DNA of 39,667 nt, taken from the NCBI GenBank assembly GCA_043813445.1, contig JBDRLD010000028.1, positions 1 through 39,667 on the forward strand. The letters run 5' to 3'. A program made the position numbers and the translations under genes. Positions 35,344 to 39,667 of the stretch are shown here, piece by piece (position 1 is the stretch's first letter; each line of letters opens with the position of its first letter). The DNA comes from Candidatus Uhrbacteria bacterium (GTDB lineage: Bacteria > Patescibacteriota > Patescibacteriia > JACPHY01). Under the pieces are notes generated by a model that made no database searches, was not told the origin of the DNA, and was given only the letters and a program-made list of their open reading frames with translations.

Positions 35344-35727
35344 ATGCTCATGCGTTTTCTCCTAATTATTGTTGCGGGGGCTGGACTCGTTTGGACGCTG
35401 TCACGTGTGCGGCGTCGTGATGTGCGACGACGTGAACTTATCGGTTGGGGGATCGTTTGGATCCTCGTCGCTGCGGTTGCGGTTGTTCCCGAGGGGACGA
35501 ATCGTCTCGCGGATCTCCTGGGAATCGGCCGTGGGGCCGATGTGGTGGTGTATAGTGCGCTTGTTGTTATGGTTGTGCTCCATATTCGCCAGTCGGTGCG
35601 TATGGAACGGATGGATCGTGATATTACGATCGTGACTCGGGAGATTGCCAGCCAGGATTTTCGACAGCGTGGAGATGCTGGTGGGCTTGCCGAGCGCGGC
35701 TTGAAGCGGCAGGATGGTGATATGTGA
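35344..35727 (+). CDS. DUF2304-family small membrane protein
   Basis: W...W......P......LA.LLGIGRGADVVVY and I....REIA; typical neighbour of DPM1-like GT2. Confidence 0.85.
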   Translation: MLMRFLLIIVAGAGLVWTLSRVRRRDVRRRELIGWGIVWILVAAVAVVPEGTNRLADLLGIGRGADVVVYSALVVMVVLHIRQSVRMERMDRDITIVTREIASQDFRQRGDAGGLAERGLKRQDGDM

Positions 35728-36866
35728 TCTACATCATCATTTTGTCTTACCAGAGCCCCGACGACGTTCGGCGCTGCGTAGAGAGTGTTCTTCGCACAAA
35801 TGAGCGACCCGAGCGATTTCGGGTCGTTGTTGTGGATAATGCTTCAACTGAGGACACCCGTGCCGCACTCTCAGAGTTCGACGGTCGCATTGATGTTATC
35901 CTTGAGTCGGAGAATACCGGGTACGCGGGTGGGATGAATGTTGGAATCCGACATGCCCTGCAGCATGGCGCAGAATACGTGGTATTACTCAATCAGGACA
36001 CCGAAGTGGATCCGACATGGCTCACACACCTCCGTGCAGCGATGGAATCAGATACACGAATCGCTGCGGCGCAGCCGCGGATTATGTATGGTGGGAGCGA
36101 TGCCCCGCACGATGATCTTGTAAACAGCGTCGGCAATGAGATCCATGTGCTCGGGTTTGGTTATGCGGGCGGCCACGGCGAGCGGTGGAGTGCAATTCGT
36201 TCACGATTACACGGGTATCCATATCCGGAGGTAACGTACTGCTCCGGCGCGGCGGTGATGTACCGAGCCAGAGCACTTATCGACGTGGCGTTGCAGAAGT
36301 TAGAAGTTAGAAGTGAGAAGTCAGAAGAAGATAACTCTCAAATCTCAACTCTCAACTCTCAATTTTTCGACGAGGATTATTTCCTTTACCACGAAGATCT
36401 CGATATCGGAGTGCGATTCTGGCTGCGCGATTGGAGTAGTGTGCTCGTACCAAACGCGGTCGTCACACATCATTATGAATTCTCACGGAGCATCGCAAAA
36501 CTCTATTGGATGGAGCGGAACCGCATGTTGTTCCTCTACCAGAATTTCCGTCTCCCAACATTACTCCTCCTCGCGCTCCCGCTGCTCGTAAGCGAGCTTG
36601 GAATGCTCATGATTGCTCGTCGGGGCGGATGGCTCAAAGAGAAGCTCCGCGCATGGCGATCGCTTGGCTCGGTAACGCGTTGGCATACGTACTATGCGCA
36701 CCGGCGAATGAAGCAGGCGAAGCGTATGCTTCCCGATCGCGCCATCATACGACGGCTATCACCGGTACTTGCGAATCAGGAGGTATCAAGTCCGTTGGTC
36801 GATCATATCGTTAATCCACTCGTCTCCCTCTGGTGGCGTTGTGTCCTCCCGTTTATTCGGTGGTAA
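35724..36866 (+). CDS. Glycosyltransferase family 2 (WbbL/rhamnosyltransferase-like)
   Basis: VVDNAS, N.GYAGG.N.G, LLNQD, CSGAA and FDEDYFLYHEDLD motifs; GTGA overlap with DUF2304. Confidence 0.92.
   Translation: MIYIIILSYQSPDDVRRCVESVLRTNERPERFRVVVVDNASTEDTRAALSEFDGRIDVILESENTGYAGGMNVGIRHALQHGAEYVVLLNQDTEVDPTWLTHLRAAMESDTRIAAAQPRIMYGGSDAPHDDLVNSVGNEIHVLGFGYAGGHGERWSAIRSRLHGYPYPEVTYCSGAAVMYRARALIDVALQKLEVRSEKSEEDNSQISTLNSQFFDEDYFLYHEDLDIGVRFWLRDWSSVLVPNAVVTHHYEFSRSIAKLYWMERNRMLFLYQNFRLPTLLLLALPLLVSELGMLMIARRGGWLKEKLRAWRSLGSVTRWHTYYAHRRMKQAKRMLPDRAIIRRLSPVLANQEVSSPLVDHIVNPLVSLWWRCVLPFIRW
36294..36361. repeat. In-frame heptamer tandem repeats inside the GT2
   Basis: (N)AGAAGT x5 followed by A(C/A)TCTCA x4; encodes QKLEVRSEKSEEDNSQISTLNSQ. 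Confidence 0.85.
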
Positions 36867-36974
36867 ATACAGATTAGATCGGAATACCGATGATGCTGAT
36901 ATACGGATAAGAAATACCGTTGTGGTATCCCATCAGCATATCCGCATCATCTGCATAGAGTTATACATCCGTAT
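36867..36974. mobile_element. Empty (non-autonomous) copy of the GxxExxY inverted-repeat element
   Basis: The right core 36932-36954 is the reverse complement of 32978-33000 at 22/23; outer ATACAGAT/ATCCGTAT; it fills the intergenic gap exactly from TAA to ATG. Confidence 0.72.
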
Positions 36975-38081
36975 ATGCGTGTTGCACACATTGTTTCGAC
37001 CTACCCTCCTTATCGCGGCGGCATGGGAAATGTTGCTCGTGAACTCGCACAACGCACCGTCGATGTTGGGTTTGAGGTGCGTGTGCTCACGCCGGCAGTA
37101 ACAGATCACGAGGAGACACGGCACGTCCGCGCGGGTTTGCGATACGGGAATGCGGCCTGGTGTCCATCTATCGGTCATCAGCTCATCGACGGACGATACA
37201 CGATTGCACACCTTCACTGGCCGTTTATTGGGACGCTCGGAATGGTCTTGCGCTGGCGGCGACGGTATCCGAATCGACGCCTTGTCGTGCAGTATCATAT
37301 GGACCTCGTTGCAACCGGTGCACGAGGTGCGGCATTCTCGTCCTACGTGAAGCGTGCGCTCCCGAATGTCGTATCCGTTGCCGACGCCATTGTCGCCACA
37401 TCGCGTGACTATGCAGAGCACGGTGCCCTTGCCGAGCACATCGAGACACTCGGGGATCGTTTCATGGAAATACCACTAGGTGTCGATGCGGAGCGTTTTA
37501 CTCCACAAGTCGGAAATCGTCAGCCGGGCCCGTTTCGATTATTGTTTGTTGGGGCGCTCGATGTCGCGCACGCATTTAAGGGATTGCCGCTTCTCCTCGA
37601 AGCGATCGAGCGTGTGCCGCGGGTGCAACTGTGTATTGTTGGAGATGGGCCACTACGCGAGAAATACGAAGCGCGTGCGCGGACGATCGGCATTGAGGAG
37701 CGTGTCACATTCCTTGGATCGGTCTCCGACGAGGACCTCCCACAGACGTATTTGAATTCGGATGTTGTGGTACTCCCATCGACGGCGCGATCCGAAGCGT
37801 TTGGCCTTGTACTTCTCGAGGGCATGGCATGCGGAAAGCCGGTGATTACATCAGAGCTTCCCGGTGTTCGTACGGTGGTATCGGATGGGGAGGCAGGACT
37901 CTTAATTGAGCCGGGTGATGTGCAGGCACTTGAGCGTTGCATTATTGCACTTCGTGATGATCTCGATCGTGTCGCGCGGATGGGTGCGGCGGCACGTGCG
38001 CGAGTGGTCAAGCAGTATACGTGGAAAAATGTTGCACACCAGTGGAGAGCGCTCTATGATCAAATCCTCAAAGCTCGTTGA
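36975..38081 (+). CDS. Glycosyltransferase family 4
   Basis: YPPYRGGM, YHMD, FVGALD.AH.FKG and EAFGLVLLEG motifs. Confidence 0.93.
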   Translation: MRVAHIVSTYPPYRGGMGNVARELAQRTVDVGFEVRVLTPAVTDHEETRHVRAGLRYGNAAWCPSIGHQLIDGRYTIAHLHWPFIGTLGMVLRWRRRYPNRRLVVQYHMDLVATGARGAAFSSYVKRALPNVVSVADAIVATSRDYAEHGALAEHIETLGDRFMEIPLGVDAERFTPQVGNRQPGPFRLLFVGALDVAHAFKGLPLLLEAIERVPRVQLCIVGDGPLREKYEARARTIGIEERVTFLGSVSDEDLPQTYLNSDVVVLPSTARSEAFGLVLLEGMACGKPVITSELPGVRTVVSDGEAGLLIEPGDVQALERCIIALRDDLDRVARMGAAARARVVKQYTWKNVAHQWRALYDQILKAR

Positions 38082-38109
38082 ATCGTGATTCCACTTGCGC
38101 TATATCCTC

Positions 38110-38423
38110 TGTCATTGCGATGCTTCCTAGTTCGTCTAGGGCGCCCGCGAACGACACGGCAATCCCGTCCACATCCCAGTCTGTCATTGCGAGTGAGGCG
38201 CAGCCGAGCGCGGCAATCCCGTTGCGAGTGAACCGGATCGCCACGTCGTTCTAGGAAGAACTCCTCGCGATGACACCTGTAGAGTGTGAGATTTCTCCCG
38301 TTTGTCGAAATGACTAGAAGAAATGTGGTGTGTCATTGCGAGTGAGGCGGAGCCGAGCGTGGCAATCCCGTTGCGAGTGAACCGGATCGCCACGCCGCAA
38401 GCTTCTCAAGATGGAGCGATGAC
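38110..38423. repeat. Tandem cluster of GTCATTGCGAG elements plus a GTCGAAATGAC half-element
   Basis: TGTCATTGCGA starts at 38110, 38182 and 38331; GAGATTTCTCCCG..GTCGAAATGAC at ~38288-38314. Confidence 0.85.
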
Positions 38424-38508
38424 GTGTATTCGTGGGCAGCCGCTGTATGGTTTTCAGCATCCTTGTGTCAGCGAACATTTAACCGCTGCCCGATTTCCCT
38501 AGCGATAC

Positions 38509-39636
38509 ATGAAAATACTCATCGTGCAGAATCGTTTTGGCGCGACCGCACGCGGTGGTGCAGAGCAGGTGATTGAGCGCCTCATCCATGCGCTCGATGC
38601 ACGCCACTGCGTGACGGTTGTGTATACGAAAACAATCACAGGGTTCTTCTCGCTCCATCGCATGCCGACGTGGCTGCGGGCGTTTTGGCACTGCTTCGAT
38701 GCACTGAATGTATTTGCGGCGTTTCGGTTTTCACAAGCGCTGAGGCGTGAACAGCCAGACGTGGTCCATACGCACAATATTGTCGGGTGTGGGGGATTGC
38801 TCCCATGGGTTATTCGGCGACGCAAAGTACCTTGGGTGCATACGCTTCACGATGTGCAGCTGATCACCCCGTCAGGGCTCTTCGTCCGTGGGGTACCGAG
38901 TACACGTATTGAGCGTTCCTTCCTTGGACGATGGTTTCGCTCGCTGCGTCGCCATCTTTTTGGATCCCCCGGCGTCGTTGTGTCGCCGACGAAGTGGCTG
39001 CTCGACGCACATCGCGATGTTGGGTTTTTCCCGAAAAGTGATTGTACTGTGATCGGCAATCCTGCGCCGAACCCCGTGCCTGCGCGGCGTGATGGGCCGG
39101 TGCGCACGCTTCTTTTTGTCGGTCAACTCGAGGGGCAGAAGGGTGTGGTGGTGTTGGTCGAAGCATTTCGGCAGATTCACGCGCTCTTCCCGGATGTGAT
39201 GTTGAATATCGTCGGCGACGGAAGCGCGTTCTCGCTATTGAAGCATATTGCGCGTGAGTCCCGTGGACTCGTCCTCCGTAAGCGGCTCGATGCGGATGGA
39301 GTCGCACGCACGTTGGCGCATGCGGATGTGCTCGTCGTTCCATCGCTTTGTGACGAGAATCAGCCGAGCGTGATTCTTGAGGCGTTCGCACACGGAGTTC
39401 CGGTGGTCGCGAGCCGCGTCGGCGGTGTTCCGGAGCTTGTTGATGACGGGCGGACGGGTATTCTTGTGGACCCAGGCAGCGTGGAAGACCTGGTCCGTGG
39501 GCTCCGTGCGTGTATCGAGGGAACACAGGCACTCCGAGAGATGCGATCTGCGTGCTTGGAGCGGGCGGAACGTCAGAGCAGTGGGGTGGTTGCGCGCGCC
39601 TACGAGCATGTCTATACTACCGTAGCAGCGCAGTAA
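38509..39636 (+). CDS. Glycosyltransferase family 4
   Basis: RGGAE, HTHN, HTLHD, FVGQLE.QKG and ENQPSVILEA motifs. Confidence 0.93.
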   Translation: MKILIVQNRFGATARGGAEQVIERLIHALDARHCVTVVYTKTITGFFSLHRMPTWLRAFWHCFDALNVFAAFRFSQALRREQPDVVHTHNIVGCGGLLPWVIRRRKVPWVHTLHDVQLITPSGLFVRGVPSTRIERSFLGRWFRSLRRHLFGSPGVVVSPTKWLLDAHRDVGFFPKSDCTVIGNPAPNPVPARRDGPVRTLLFVGQLEGQKGVVVLVEAFRQIHALFPDVMLNIVGDGSAFSLLKHIARESRGLVLRKRLDADGVARTLAHADVLVVPSLCDENQPSVILEAFAHGVPVVASRVGGVPELVDDGRTGILVDPGSVEDLVRGLRACIEGTQALREMRSACLERAERQSSGVVARAYEHVYTTVAAQ

Positions 39637-39667
39637 CCGACGATACTATGCCCCTCCAGGAGAGCCC

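Noticed and set aside
1135-38081. Stop-codon reassignment (genetic code 25)
   Set aside because: TGA ends many full-length genes (2166, 3557, 32949, 35207, 38081), so the standard code 11 fits.
38110-38423. Repeat clusters as CRISPR arrays
   Set aside because: The units are long, degenerate and irregularly spaced, without unique equal-length spacers; no cas genes are present.
39648-39667. Possible start of a further gene (ATG at 39648)
   Set aside because: Only six codons are visible, which is too little to support a call.

Overview
This is a GC-rich bacterial window. I infer a Patescibacteria/CPR origin (Parcubacteria/ABY1, Uhrbacteria-like) from the protein families and the absence of Shine-Dalgarno motifs. 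It is a cell-envelope island. Glycan genes: five GT4 and two GT2 glycosyltransferases, an O-antigen-ligase-family protein, a UXS-like SDR, DUF2304, a radical SAM enzyme and a putative glycoside hydrolase with FG-GAP repeats. These surround two divergently transcribed giant surface proteins (2345 aa and ~1235 aa) separated by an HTH / ECF sigma / putative anti-sigma block. Both surface proteins and an S8 protease share one internally repeated domain, which may be an envelope anchor. The non-coding DNA is rich. It holds a GxxExxY nuclease gene bracketed by inverted repeats, plus an empty copy and a solo arm of the same element. It also holds a 139-bp MITE with perfect TIRs and a 5-bp target duplication, several palindromic repeat families (some nested, some inserted in frame in genes), a ~420-nt structured leader before the S-layer-like gene and a ~175-nt 6S-like rod RNA. 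All family assignments are from motif recognition by eye; no searches were run.
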